This document shows positions 28,300-40,260 of a stretch of 53,549 nt of DNA, one piece after another. Positions within the stretch are counted from its first letter, which is position 1. Every line of letters starts with the position of its first letter. The DNA comes from Macrostomum lignano. Its lineage: Eukaryota. Where the stretch lies: contig NIVC01002058.1 of assembly GCA_002269645.1 (NCBI GenBank), positions 1 to 53,549 on the forward strand, in the 5' to 3' direction. Below the pieces are notes generated by a model, which searched no databases, was not told the origin of the DNA, and saw only the letters and a program-made list of their open reading frames with translations. A program made the translations under genes and the position numbers.

Positions 28300-29046
28300 T
28301 AGTGAAGTGATGGATCAAAATTATTTTTCAAATCAAAATTGAAATCGAAATTTTCGGTTCCTTAGAATCAAAATTGAAATCATAATCAAAATAGAAATTT
28401 TTTGAGCTTAACAAATTTTTACTTTTTCGCTAATCATGCAAAAAGGTTAACACCTTGCCTCTGCATGTATGAGCTTATATGTTTTATAAAAAGTATCTTT
28501 GATATGTTTAAACCAGAATACTTTAGATTTAACTTACTTTAAAAATACAAAATAGAAAATGCTAGTGTATTATGTACTACACTCATACATAGAGATACAG
28601 TAGAAGTTGTATCATACTTCACTACTGTTTAAGCTGAAGATCTAGATACGAGTAGCTTATATCCATTTCATTAAGGCTTTAAGTCTTTAGCCAATTAAAA
28701 TCCACGCCGATGAGTTTAGCCAGTGGGCTTGTGGAGGTTGAGATGGGTGCAGCACAAGGCTCGGAACAGTGCGTGCCCCACACAATCTTTTCTTGTAGGC
28801 CATAGAAAAGGCAATTTTCACCTCCCCACTGAGTTTTTGAACCACGCTTCCTTTCACTTCCTATAGATTTTCTTACTCGTGTAGCATGATCATCAATGTC
28901 TAAATTGTTAAAATATAACCAAAATTTCAAAATGATTTTCAATGAATAGTGTCGAAATTCGAAATTGAAATCGAAGTTATTTCAATGCAAAATTAGTTTT
29001 GAAATTCGGAATATCGAAATTAAAATCCAATTTCGATCCATCACTA
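28300..29046. mobile_element. hAT-type non-autonomous element (747 bp)
   Basis: TIR (T)AGTGATGGATC(A/G)AAATT at both ends, subterminal AAATCGAAATT repeats, 8-bp TSD CTATTAGG at 28292-28299 and 29047-29054. Confidence 0.8.
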
Positions 29047-31076
29047 CTATTAGGCCTAGGTCTATCTACACTACAAGGCTTGTATTAGGCCTATAGGGTT
29101 CTAGTCACTGCATCTGCCATCAACTCATCTGCTACCAACTTATCTATTATTATTAATACAATGGTTATTTAAATAAATTATACATTTTTTAATCTTAGCT
29201 ATAAATTTAAGGTTTAAGCTGAAAGTATGATTGAAGCTTATAAAAACTGATAAATAATAAATAGTTATATAAAAAAAGATCTAATAAATTCTTAGATTTT
29301 GAAGATTAAAATAAGAGTATATATATATAAATATAAAAAAATTTAAAAATTTATTGTCAAATGATATATTATGTCTAGCTATTGCAAAATTACTTACCCT
29401 ATCCTCATTTTTGGGTATGTTATCTAGGCTCACTTAGCAAAACTTGGTTACCAAGTACAAGTATACTCAAAGAAGGCTGTTAGCTACCTATTGCTAGTTT
29501 TGCAATTCTGCTAATTGAACTAACCAAGCCAAAGAATCATGCCAAGCAACAAAAAGTTTCTTTTTGTTGGTACCAATATATAGGTCATTCGAACCCATCT
29601 AGCTATCCCACTTAAACTCCCTGACCCTTAAATAACATGATCAACTTATGCTTGATATATCAGTAGTTTGACTATCACATATGAGCCAAGATTGTTTTTT
29701 TAGCTTAGTGATTTAAAGTATAGTGCCAATGTGCAGAAGCTACAACTATCTATGAATGGCAAAGATTAGGTATTGCTTGTAAGTCCTTGGTAGGCCCTAA
29801 AAAATTGGCATACAAAAAATTGAATGGAAGAGCATCCCACTAAAGCTTAAAGCTTAGGTCTCTAGTGCTATGGTTGCATTTCCTAGTCAGCTTGTTTGTG
29901 AACTCTAACAAGCTGAAACACTCTAAGTGCACCTTTAGATATTGGGGCACCTAGATGAAGAAGTTCAGCCTCTGTAATCTACTTCAAGATTGAATTTTCA
30001 CTTCTTTGCATCTTACTGGACCTCATGCTAGAGTGTACACTTATTGCCAGCATCCTTGTAAATAGCATACATAAGCCTGCTGCACATTAAAAATGCCACC
30101 TGGAGACTACATGACCAAGCAATTGCACTTCATGGCTTTGTTGCATATAGCACACTTCCAATATCTGTTTCTACCCTTGCCTCCATTTTGACCTATGAGA
30201 TATCCTTGAGGGGATTCCAGCTAGTCAGAGCCAATGGATAGACTTCAAAGTATATCCATTTTCCCTCTATTTTTGTGGCCTTACCTTTGAGGGCTACACA
30301 GAAATAAATGAAAATTGTCATTCTACCAAACACTTAACTAGCATTTGAACTCTATATTTTTAGGTAAAATAATTTATAGTTACATTTTGGTTAGGGTTTA
30401 AGTTAGGTTTTAGGTTAGGTTATTAGGTTAGGTTATTAGGGTTGGAGTAAGAATTAAGGCTAAGAACATAGTTCATGTTAGTCAATTATTCCACATATAT
30501 GTCCATATTTAGCAAAATTCAAATCAATGTTTTCAATGGAAAGGCCAAAATAGGTACTTGATTTTCTAGGAAATCAATGGGTAGCACAATTTAAATGGAT
30601 GGTGCATGAGATGGCCAAGGCTAGCTCAGAGGTTGCTGTGAACCCTGTGAACAAGCTGCCAAAAATCCCAAAAAGGGACAATTTTCTGGACTATTGGTTA
30701 GGGCTAGGGTTAGGAAGAGTTTTCTTAAAACATTTCATATGCATAATCTTTGACTAAAATTGCAACTTTAACCCTGCTTAAAAGAATTAAGAAATCTTAA
30801 AATCTTAGTTAAATTTTGTACAATAAAATATAAGGGTAATATTATTATGTATATATATAAGTTTGAACTATTTACTATTTGTAAGTGATTTAAACCATTT
30901 TAAAGACATTTAACAAGTGTATAAAAAGTTTGATATTAATATTGTTAGACAAAGACAAACACTTGTTATAGTCATTGTTTAGATTTTATTTTGTTAGAGG
31001 CAGACAAATTTTATTTGTACAATTTTGCAAAAAATAACTATTTTCAATTATTGCACATTTTGCATGTTCAAAAACA

Positions 31077-31534
31077 ATGTTCCGCATCAACACTTTGCTA
31101 AAGCTTGCCCTCACTCTGCTCGCATTTGCCTTGAGTGCCTTCTTACTGAGCAATGGATTTCCCCCTAGCAACAATCGCAACACCCCCGCCGCAGTGCCCG
31201 AAGCTCACCCGAGCACTTTCTCAGCGCTCCATCCGATGCCTCATCGTCCAGCATCAAAGATATTGAAACTTTGAAACGGCGCGTGTCCGCTTTAGAGAAG
31301 CGCCAATTTCCAACTGTGGCGCGCCTGGATTGGCGCCAGCGCAAGCGCATATTGATCACCGGTGGCGCCGGTTTTGTTGGCAGCCACCTGGCTGATGCCC
31401 TGCTGCGCGCCGGGCATACAGTTATTGTGGCCGACAATTTTTTCACTGGCAGGCGGGACAACATTGAGCACTGGATTGGCCACGCCAACTTTGAATTGCT
31501 GCATCACGACATCGTTAATCCGCTGTTTATTGAG
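31077..31534 (+). CDS. UXS1: UDP-glucuronate decarboxylase 1 (UDP-xylose synthase), exon 1; needs +1 nt
   Basis: Signal-anchor MFRINTLLKLALTLLAFALSAFLL, then KRILITGGAGFVGSHL...DNFFTGR..N..HWIGH.NFEL..HDIVNPLFIE in the -1 frame. Adding one base (for example in the C5 run at ~31183) fuses the frames. Donor is GC (GAG|GCGAGT). Confidence 0.9.
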
Positions 31535-31564
31535 GCGAGTCTGAGTCCAGCTTGTTGTAATGCT

Positions 31565-32360
31565 CTGAATACGAATCCTAATCCCCCCGAATACGAATCC
31601 TATTCCCTCTGAATACGAATCCTAATCCCCCCTGAATACGAATCCTAATCCCCCTGAATACGAATCCTAATCCCCCTGAATACGAATCCTAATCCCCCTG
31701 AATACGAATCCTAATCCCCCTGAATACGAGTCCTAATCCCCCCGAATACAAATCCTATTCCCTCTGAATACGAATCCTAATCCCCCTGAATACGAATCCT
31801 AATCCCCCTGAATACGAATCCTAATCCCCCTGAATACGAATCCTAATCCCCCCTGAATACGAGTCCTAATCCCCCCGAATACAAATCCTATTCCCTCTGA
31901 ATACGAATCCTAATCCCCCTGAATACGAATCCTAATCCCCCTGAATACGAATCCTAATCCCCCTGAATACGAATCCTAATCCCCCGAATACGAATCCTAA
32001 TCCCCCCCGAATACGAATCCTGATTCCCCCCTGAATACGAATCCTAATCCCCCTGAATACGAATCCTGATTTCCCCGAATACGAATCCTGATTCCCCCGA
32101 ATACGAATCCTGATTCCCCCCGAATACGAATCCTGATTCCCCCTGAATACGAATCCTGATCCCCCCCTGAATACGAATCCTAATCCCCTGAATACGAATC
32201 CTAATCCCCCTGAATACGAATCCTAATCCCCCTGAATACGAATCCTAATCCCCCTGAATACGAATCCTAATCCCCCTGAATACGAATCCTAATCCCCCTG
32301 AATACGAATCCTAATCCCCCTGAATACGAATCCTAATCCCCCTGAATACGAATCCTAATT
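31565..32360. repeat. ~22-bp minisatellite (GAATACGAATCCTAATCCCCCT)n
   Basis: Visible array filling UXS1 intron 1. Confidence 0.95.
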
Positions 32361-32477
32361 CTCTCACCTGGTTAAAAATTTAAAGGTGCGAATTCCCTAT
32401 TCTAATCCGAACCCTTATCCTAATCCTAGTCTATGCTCTAATCATATTCCTAATCCGAACCCTTATCCTAATCCCAG

Positions 32478-32761
32478 GTGGACCAGATCTACCACCTGGC
32501 CTCTCCCGCCAGCCCGCCAAACTACCAGCTGAACCCGGTGAAGACTTTAAAAACCAACCTAGTCGGCACCATCAACATGCTCGGCCTGGCTAAGCGGACC
32601 CGAGCTCGACTCCTCCTGGCTAGCACCTCGGAGGTCTACGGAGACCCCGAGAAGCACCCTCAATCGGAGGACTACTGGGGCAACGTGAACCCGATCGGGC
32701 CCAGATCCTGCTACGACGAGGGGAAGAGAGCTGCCGAGGCTCTGTGTTACGCTTATAAACG
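32478..32761 (+). CDS. UXS1: UXS1 exon 2
   Basis: [73 protein letters not shown] (SDR YxxxK motif); donor GTGAGA. Confidence 0.97.
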
Positions 32762-32864
32762 GTGAGATGGGGAGTTGAATTATGAATATAGCATATCCTT
32801 TAGCTTTAGTTGTAGCTTATATTCTTTCTGCCGCGGTATGTTCTTATAACTTCCCATATGCTCC

Positions 32865-33130
32865 CAGAGCCCTATTTTCCCAGATTCCCTGTTCTCCCAG
32901 ATATCCTGTTCTCTCAGATCCCATATTCTCCCAGATCCTCTATTCTCAGATCCTATATTCTCCCAGATATCCTGTTCTCTCAGATCCCATATTCTCCCAG
33001 ATCCTCTATTCTCAGATCCCATATTCTCCCAGATATCATATTCTCCCAGATCCCATATTCTCTCAGATCCCATACTCTCCCAAATCCCCTATTATCTCAC
33101 ATCCATGATTATCCAAGATCCCATATTTAA
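32865..33130. repeat. Degenerate CCCATATTCTC(T/C)CAGAT minisatellite in UXS1 intron 2
   Basis: Visible array. Confidence 0.85.
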
Positions 33131-33260
33131 CAAATCCCCGATATCCCAATCGTAAATTAGTCCATATCCTTCCAGGTTTTTAGTCGATCCCCTTATCATC
33201 CCAGCTGCCCAGATACCGCATAGCAACCGAAACTCGAACCCACCCAACTCGCCATTGCAG

Positions 33261-33738
33261 CCGCAGCAACGTGGACATTCGAGTGGCTCGAATCTTCAAC
33301 ACCTACGGTCCCCGGATGCAGATGAACGACGGTCGGGTTGTGAGCAACTTCATCCTTCAGGCGCTGCGAGGCCAGCCTCTCACGGTCTACGGTGAGGGGG
33401 ACCAGACCCGGTCGTTCCAGTTTGTCACCGACCTGGTCTCGGGCCTCATAGCCCTGATGGCTAGCAACTACTCTCAGCCTGTCAATCTGGGCAATCCGGA
33501 CGAGCACACGATCGGCGAGTTCGCTCGGACAGTTTTATCGCTGGCCAACTCCAGTGCACCTGTCCACCGACTGCAGCCGGCTAAGGACGATCCGCATAGG
33601 CGTAAGCCTGACATCTCCGTTGCTAAGCGAGAGCTTGCCTGGCAACCAACCGTATTGTTGCGCGATGGACTATTGCAGACCATACACTATTTTAGGCACA
33701 GATTGAGTGTGGACGAGAAGCCGCAGAATGAACTGTGA
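33261..33738 (+). CDS. UXS1: UXS1 exon 3
   Basis: VDIRVARIFNTYGPRMQMNDGRVVSNFILQALRGQPLTVYG.G.QTRSFQFV.DLV.GLI.LM.SN...PVNLGNP.EHTI...DDP..RKPDI. Repaired CDS is ~406 aa. Confidence 0.96.
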
Positions 33739-33849
33739 AATTTATAGCAGTCCTTGGTCGCGTAAACTTCTAGCAATCCATGTTTCTTTATTTTAGTAAT
33801 CCATGATTCACAAATTTAGCGGTCTTTGTGCCCTCTTTTCTGTTAGCTT

Positions 33850-34285
33850 AGATTAAGCAGTCCTTGGTTTGTTAATTTAGCAGTCCTTGGTTTGTTAATT
33901 TAGCAGTCCTTGGTTTGTTAATTTAGCAGTCCTTGGTTTGTTAATTTAGCAGTCCTTGGTTTGTTAATCTACCAGTCCTTGGTTTGTTAATTTAGCAGTC
34001 CTTGGTTTGTTAATTTAGCAGTCCTTGGTTTGTTAATTTAGCAGTCCTTGGTTTGTTAATTTAGCAGTCCTTGGTTTGTTAATTTAGCAGTCCTTGGTTT
34101 GTTAATTTAGCAGTCCTTGGTTTGTTAATTTAGCAGTCCTTGGTTTGTTAATCTACCAGTCCTTGGTTTGTTAATTTAGCAGTCCTTGGTTTGTTAATTT
34201 GGCAGTCCTTGGTTTGTTAATCTAGCAGTCCTTGGCTTGTTAATTTAGCAGTCCTTGGTTTGTTAATCTAGCAGTCCTTGGTCTG
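33850..34285. repeat. 23-bp minisatellite (CAGTCCTTGGTTTGTTAATTTAG)n
   Basis: Visible array downstream of UXS1. Confidence 0.95.
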
Positions 34286-34824
34286 CTAATCTAACACTCC
34301 TTGGTGAGTCAGAATGGTGAGTATAAATAAAAAATGTTGTTCTTCTGGTAATAATTTTTTTGATACAAAGGGGCTGTTCTAGAGTTTTTGCTGAGCATTT
34401 TCATTATGCTTTTGTTATCATCATGTAATCTGCTTTATCTTTTCCGCTTCTTTCTGTCTGCCTTCTCTTTTGGTGCATTGCGATTTTCAATGTTTGTGTC
34501 TCGGTCTGTCCGTTTTTTATTTTCAAGCTACTTAAAGTAATGTGTCTATTCTTGAGCCTATATTTGGATATCAGTTCTGTCTGTTGCCTTTCTTACCTAG
34601 ATGTACTTATTATGCTTTGTCTAGACTTATGGTAGGAGCGAGTGGATTCTTTTTGTGTTCAGATTTTGTTTCAATATTTAAACTGTAAATATATTATCTA
34701 TTGAGACTGTCATACAACTGAAAGTACAACTTAGGTCGCAGAGTTTTAGAAATTGCTGTTACTTAATTGATGAGATGCTTACAATATTTGCTATTGTGAA
34801 TTGAAAAACGGTTGTGAGTGAATA

Positions 34825-35340
34825 CTGGCTCTAGAGATTGCTCAGGCTGATGAGGCATTAGGGATGCTGGCTCTAGAGATTGCTCAGGCTGATGAGGCAT
34901 TAGGGATGCTGGCTCTAGAGATTGCTCAGGCTGATGAGGCATTAGGGATGCTGGCTTTAGAGATTGCTCAGGCTGATGAGGCATTAGGGATGCTGGCTTC
35001 AGAGATTGCTCAGGCTGATGAGGCATTAGGGATGCTGGCTTTAGAGATTGCTCAGGCTGATGAGGCATTAGGGATGCTGGCTCTAGAGATAGCTCAGGCT
35101 GATGAGGCATTAGGGATGCTGGCTCTAGAGATTGCTCAGGCTGATGAGGCATTAGGGATGCTGGCTTCAGAGATTGCTCAGGCTGATGAGGCATTAGGGA
35201 TGCTGGCTCTAGAGATTGCTCAGGCTGATGAGGCATTAGGGATGCTGGCTTCAGAGATTGCTCAGGCTGATGAGGCATTAGGAATGCTGGCTTTAGAGAA
35301 TGCTCAGGCTGATGAGGCATTAGGGATGCTGGCTTCAGCT
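34825..35340. repeat. 42-bp minisatellite just upstream of the TMEM94 start
   Basis: About 12 copies of GGGATGCTGGCTCTAGAGATTGCTCAGGCTGATGAGGCATTA. Confidence 0.95.
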
Positions 35341-35435
35341 GCACAAATTGATGGGGCACTGGGATTAGGGTGCTCAGACTTATGGAGGCTGGGAGATAAG
35401 AGTGCTCAGATCGATGCAGCTCCATCTTCAACTTG

Positions 35436-35701
35436 ATGTCAGCCGGGCCACCCGCCGCCGACTCCGACATGTCGTTCGTCTTGTCTGACGCCGATCGTCG
35501 ACTCGGACTAAAAACTTCGGTGGCGTTGCAGCGCCTGGCTGAGGAAGTCGACGCAGTCAGGCGGAGCTCGTTTCGGCGCTGGCGCTTTGACCTGGCCTGC
35601 CTGTGGCGCCACCCGCCGATCACCCTGCCTCACATTGGCGTCAATCTGGCGCTGTGGGCTCTGCTGCTCGCCGCCTCCGCTTTGGCAGACCGGCCCGAGG
35701 A
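35436..35701 (+). CDS. TMEM94: Transmembrane protein 94 (ERMA, P-type ATPase-like), exon 1
   Basis: LGLKTSVALQRLAEEVDAV matches the TMEM94 N-terminal LGLST..AL..L.EQLEAV pattern; first TM segment; donor GA|GTGAGA. Confidence 0.8.
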
Positions 35702-35714
35702 GTGAGAAGGCGCC

Positions 35715-35990
35715 TGTGTACCGCTCTATCTACCTGTCTACCGCTCTATCTACCTGTCTACCGCTCTATCTACCTGTCTACCGCTCTAACTACCCTGTCT
35801 ACCGCTCTATCTACCTATATACTGCTCTATCTACCTGTCTACCGCTCTATCTACCTATATACTGCTCTATCTACCTGTCTACCGCTCTAACTACCCTGTT
35901 TACCGCTCTATCTACCTATATACTGCTCTATCTACCTGTCTACCGCTCTATCTACCTGTCTACCGCTCTATCTACCTGTCTACCTGTCTA
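35715..35990. repeat. 20-bp minisatellite (CTACCGCTCTATCTACCTGT)n, left part
   Basis: Same array resumes at 38417 after the LINE. Confidence 0.95.
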
Positions 35991-38416
35991 TTATTAATTT
36001 CCGGCGTGCCAACTGGGTCCTTTTCAAATTCACCCTGGAGAACTCGCTGTCTGACTTCAGCACTGACGGCAACGCTCATGGCGTCGAGAAGAATTTGCGC
36101 CGGATTATTCTCAAGGCGATGAAGACGGCCATCCCTGAAGGCCGATTCAAGCGCCAAGAAGCCTCGCCCTGCCCTGCTGTAATTCGCCACCTTCTAGCTG
36201 AACGCGACAAACTGCGCTCTGATGATGCTAGCGATCCTAGGATCCCTACACTCCAGAACCGCGTTACTGCTCTGATTGAAGAGGAACAACGTGCCCGATG
36301 GAACGATTTCTTGAATGAGCACGGGCAACAGCCTGCACCCACTCCGCATCTTTGGTCCACCATTAAACGTCTTTCCGGCCGTGTCACCTCCTCAGCTCGT
36401 AACATCATCATCCGTTTCGACGGAAGACCGACCTAGACCGACGCGGAGGCGGCTAATCGGCTTAATAAACAGTTCACGCAGCCGCGTGCTCACTGTTCGA
36501 ATCCAGCCATGCGCTTCGTCCGCCGCAAAGTTGCTGCACTCCCGCGCGAAGACCTGCTGCACTACCCTCTTGTATTTCTCCAAAGACAACCTGGTGCAGG
36601 CCATCAAACGCTCTAAGCCTTCGAAGGCTATCGGCCCTGACGGTATCTGTCCGCTAGTCATTAAACATTTCGGCCCCAAAGCCATCGACGTGCTCCTCGG
36701 CCTGTTCAACCGTTCGCTGCACTACAATGAAATCCCCGCGGTTTGGAAGAAATCGCTGATCTGCCCATTAATTAAAAGTGGCAAACCTCCGGATGACGGA
36801 GCCTCCTACCCCCCCGATTTCGTTCCTCTCCCCGCTGGCTAAAATCTTTGAAAAACTCCTGCTGCCCCTGCTGACTGACCACCTTAAGCTCCCAGCTTGG
36901 CAGCACGGTTTCCGCCCAATGCACTCTACCACTACCGCATTGTGTCAGCTCGCCGAGCAGATCAGTACTGTTTTCTGCCAAGCCAAGCCCCGGCGAGAAC
37001 TGGCACTGCTGCTCAGGATCTGAAGGCTGCCTTTGATTGTGTGGACCACTGTGAGCTCATCACCGACGTCTTCAACTCCGACCTGCCGAACCTCATCAAA
37101 GGCTGGCTCTGCAACTACCTTCTCGGTTGTCAAGCCCGCACAATACTCGTACTGCGCGACTGCAAGTCCGCCTGGCGCCAAGTTCGCATGGGAGTGCCCC
37201 AAGGTAGCGCGATCAACCCGCTTCTTTTCGCCTTCTACCTGAAGGACACCCCTACGCCGGATGACCCGAACTCCAGCCTTATCGGCTATGCCGATGACCT
37301 TACAGCGGCTGCCTCTTCCGCGTCCATCTCGCGCATCCAAGAGCAACTCAACGCCTACTTAACGCGCTTGGCGCCGTTCCTCCATGCCCGCAAGCTCAAG
37401 GTCTCGGCAGCAAAATGCACCACGACGCTCTTCACTCCGGACCAACGGGAGTACGCCAAGGCCCTCGAGGTCTACTTCGACGGTTCCAGACTACCCCAGG
37501 CTCTCTTTCCTAAAATCCTGGGCGTGATCTTTGATCCGAAGATGACGTTCAGCCGTCACGTCAAGGCCACTATCGAGAAGGCCCACAAACATAACAGCGT
37601 CCTCCGCTGCTTGGCGGGTAGCAGTTGGGGCAGCTGCAAGGAGCTGCTGCTCAACACTTACAAGGCCATTTCGCGCAGCATCCTCAACTACGCTGCTCCT
37701 GTTTGGGGACCTGTCATCTCGTCCACCTCCTGGAACGGGCTCCAGTCGGTCCAAAACGCGGCCATTCGGTGCATCACCGGCTGCACCGTCAATACCTCTG
37801 TTGCCGACCTTCACTGCGAGACCCGGATGCTCCCGGTCCAGCAGCACAACAGGCTCCTGTCTCTCCAGTTCCTCCTGGCCTCTCGCCGTCCTGAGCACCC
37901 CTGCTACCACCTTTCCGCCTGCCCGGCTCCTCGCCGGCGCATGAAGCCGTCCATTTTTACCGCACCATTCTTTGACGATTCCTGGCAGCCAGTCGAAGCC
38001 CCGGCGGTCCTCGACGACGCGGCAGCCTGGGACAGGGCGAGGCGAGCTCAACACTCGCTCATCGTGCTCAATCACATCGACGGCCTACCTCCTAACCGCG
38101 TCGTCGGCCTTCGCCCCGACGTCTGCGATTCCGAGCGTTCTTTGCCGCGTCGGACCCGTTCTCTGCTCGCCCAGCTGCGCTCTGGCTTCAGTCCTATGCT
38201 TCGTAGTTACCAGCACCGGTTGAATCCTGAGACGCCTCCAAGCTGTCCTGAGTGCGACGCGGCCACGCATGATTGCCTGCATCTTTTTAATTGCCCGGCT
38301 CACCCCACCGAGTTGGTGCCCTCTGACCTGTGGCGCAACCCTGTTGAAATCGCTGAGTTCCTGTCGCTGCCTGTCCAGCGCGACCCTGGCGAGGGTTAAA
38401 AACAACAACAACAACA
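35991..38416 (+). mobile_element. 5'-truncated, degenerate non-LTR retrotransposon (I-group, Ingi/Vingi-like; RT + C-terminal CCHC, no RNase H seen)
   Basis: RT motifs across ORFs 36095, 36315, 36778 and 36897: SKAIGPDGI, (R)PISFLSPLAKIFEKL, QHGFRPMHSTTTAL, DLKAAFDCVDH, GVPQGSAINPLLF, GYADD, KILGVIFD; zinc knuckle CPEC...HLFNC. Stop is followed directly by an (AAC)n tail. One in-frame stop (36434) and several frameshifts. Possible TSD ACCTGTCTA (35982-35990, 38417-38425). Clade assignment tentative. Confidence 0.9.
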
Positions 38417-39210
38417 ACCTGTCTACCGCTCTATCTACATATCTACCACTCTATCTACCTGTCTACCGCTCTATCTACATATCTACCGCTCTATCTACCT
38501 GTCTACCGCTCTATCTACATATCTACCGCTCTATCTACCTGTCTACCGCTCTATCTACCTGTCTACTGCTCTATCTACCTGTTTATCGCTCTGTCTACCT
38601 GTCTACTGCTCTATCTACCTGTTTATCGCTCTGTCTACCTGTCTACTGCTCTATCTACCTGTTTATCGCTCTATCTACCTGTCTACTGCTCTATCTACCT
38701 GTCTACCGCTCTATCTACCTGTCTACTGCTCTATCTACCTGTTTATCGCTCTATCTACCTGTCTACTGCTCTATCTACCTGTTTATCGCTCTATCTACCT
38801 GTCTACTGCTCTATCTACCTGTTTATCGCTCTATCTACCTGTTTATCGCTCTATCTACCTGTCTACTGCTCTATCTACCTGTTTATCGCTCTATCTACCT
38901 GTCTACCGCTCTATCTACCTGTCTACCGCTCTAATCACCCTGTCTACCGCTCTATCTACCTGTCTACCGCTCTATCTACCTGTTTATCGCTCTATCTACC
39001 TGTCTACCGCTCTATCTACCTGTTTATCGCTCTATCTACCTGTCTACCGCTCTAACCACCCTGTCTACCGCTCTATCTACCTGTCTACCGCTCTATCTAC
39101 CTATATACTGCTCCATCTACCTCTGTACCGCTCTACCGCTCTATCTACCTGTCTACTGCTCTATCTACCTGTTTATCGCTCTATCTACCTGTCTACCGTT
39201 CTATCTACCA
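38417..39210. repeat. 20-bp minisatellite, right part
   Basis: Continuation of the 35715-35990 array. Confidence 0.95.
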
Positions 39211-39307
39211 AAAAATGAACAAAACAATTTCATGTCTGCCACTCTACCGCTGTGCACTTTGCAGTTTTTCTTAACCAAAACTTTATAAACCTGCCGCACT
39301 GTTCCAG

Positions 39308-39453
39308 TTTCCTACCAGTGGTCACCATGGCCCTTGTCCTGACAGCCATGCTGCTGCTCATTGGAGCCAATGTGGCCGCTGCGGTCCTTATCGACTGGCT
39401 GTCGCACAATGGAGTTGATAAGAAAATTCAGAACCTCTGCGCTGATTTAGCGG
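39308..39453 (+). CDS. TMEM94: TMEM94 exon 2
   Basis: FLPVVTMALVLTAMLLLIGANVAAAVLIDWLSHNGVDKKIQNLCADLA; CCAG acceptor, GTAAGA donor; phases fit exons 1 and 3. Confidence 0.8.
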
Positions 39454-39499
39454 GTAAGAATTTGGCGAAGACGACACGAACATTCGAGCACTGAATGAT

Positions 39500-40220
39500 C
39501 GGATAGGATTAGAATCACTTCCTGTGGGATCTGAAGGATTAGAATCACTCCTAAGGGATCTGAGGGGATTAGAATCACTCCTGAGGGATCTGAGGGGATT
39601 TGAATCACTCCTGAGGGATCTGAGGGGATTAGAATCACTCCTGAGGGATCTGAGGCGATTATAATCACTCCTGAGGGATCTGAGGGGATTAGAATCACTT
39701 CTAGGGGATCTGAGAGATTAGAATCACTCCTGAGTGATCTGGGGGGATTAGAATCACTCCTTAGTGATGTGAGGGGTTTAGAATCACTCATGGGGGATCT
39801 GAGGGGATTAGAATCACTCATGGGGGATCTGAGGGGATTAGAATCACTCCTTAGTGATGTGAGGGGTTTAGAATCAGTCCTGGGGGATCTGAGGGGATTA
39901 GAATCAGTCCTGAGGGATTTGAGGAGATTAGAATCACTCCTGAGGGATTTGGGGGGATTAGAATCACTCTTGAGGGGATTAGAATCACTCCTGAGGAGAT
40001 TAGAATCACTCCTGAGGGATTTGGGGGATTAGAATCACTCTTGAGAGGATTAGAATCACTCTTGAGGTGATTAGAATCACTCTTGAGGGGATTAGAATCA
40101 CTCTTGAGGGGATTAGAATCACTCCTGAGGGATCTGAGGGGATTAGAATCACTCCTGGGGGCGATTAGAATCACTCCTGAGGGGTTAGAATCACTCCTGA
40201 GGGGGTTAGAATCACTCATA
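39500..40220. repeat. 21/30-bp minisatellite (GGATTAGAATCACTCCTGAGG core)
   Basis: Visible array. Confidence 0.95.
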
Positions 40221-40260
40221 CCGCTAAGAAATACATTGACTCGTATTGATTGCACTGAAG

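Noticed and set aside
30050-30260. Possible PHD-finger remnant (WKCAIC...RWHF.CA) on the minus strand
   Set aside because: Requires several frameshifts and stops; at best a fossil transposon fragment.
30385-30450. TTAGG/TTAGGG-like runs (also ~30700 and ~32400) as interstitial telomere
   Set aside because: Short, degenerate and mixed; no sustained canonical array.
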